A stretch of DNA of 7,022 nucleotides from Octopus sinensis (lineage: Eukaryota), in assembly GCF_006345805.1 (NCBI RefSeq), contig NW_021829092.1:1-7022 (forward strand), read 5' to 3'. The notes under the pieces are model-generated. The model did no database searches and was not told the origin of the DNA. It was given only the letters and a program-made list of their open reading frames with translations. Every line of letters starts with the position of its first letter. Within the stretch, counting starts at the first letter, position 1. The position numbers and the translations under genes were made by a program. Positions 6,857 to 7,022 of the stretch are shown here, in pieces.

Positions 6857-7022
6857 GTTTGTTCTTTTTTGCCTTTCACTTCCTACAAATTTCCTCGTTG
6901 TCTTTCTTCGTTTCTCTTTAAGCCCACATTCCGCATCTCTTCCACTTTCTCCCTCTCTTCCTCTCTATAACTCACACACAGTCTTTCTGTCCGTCTGCCC
7001 ATCCTCCTCTCCGTCAGTCCGT

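Noticed and set aside
1-7022. CRISPR-like array or other prokaryotic features
   Set aside because: No regularly spaced direct repeats with unique spacers; the sequence is clearly eukaryotic repeat-rich DNA.

Overview
AT-rich, microsatellite-dense eukaryotic DNA that reads as intronic or intergenic. It is most likely octopus or another coleoid cephalopod, inferred from SINE families I recognise from memory plus the repeat density; no search was run. None of the supplied ORFs is credible. The window holds six tRNA-derived, CORE-type SINE copies of three body types. One old copy appears split by a younger nested copy. Many simple repeats are present. Features not explained by these: an 87-bp-arm foldback hairpin (1973-2151) with an adjacent palindrome overlapping a SINE start, two decayed Penelope-type minimal hammerhead-like motifs (631-674, 2683-2721), a minus-strand G-quadruplex motif, and a candidate 74-nt coding exon near the right end (6783-6856, +). 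I see no convincing evidence of a new multi-gene system. The best leads are the RNA/DNA structural elements.
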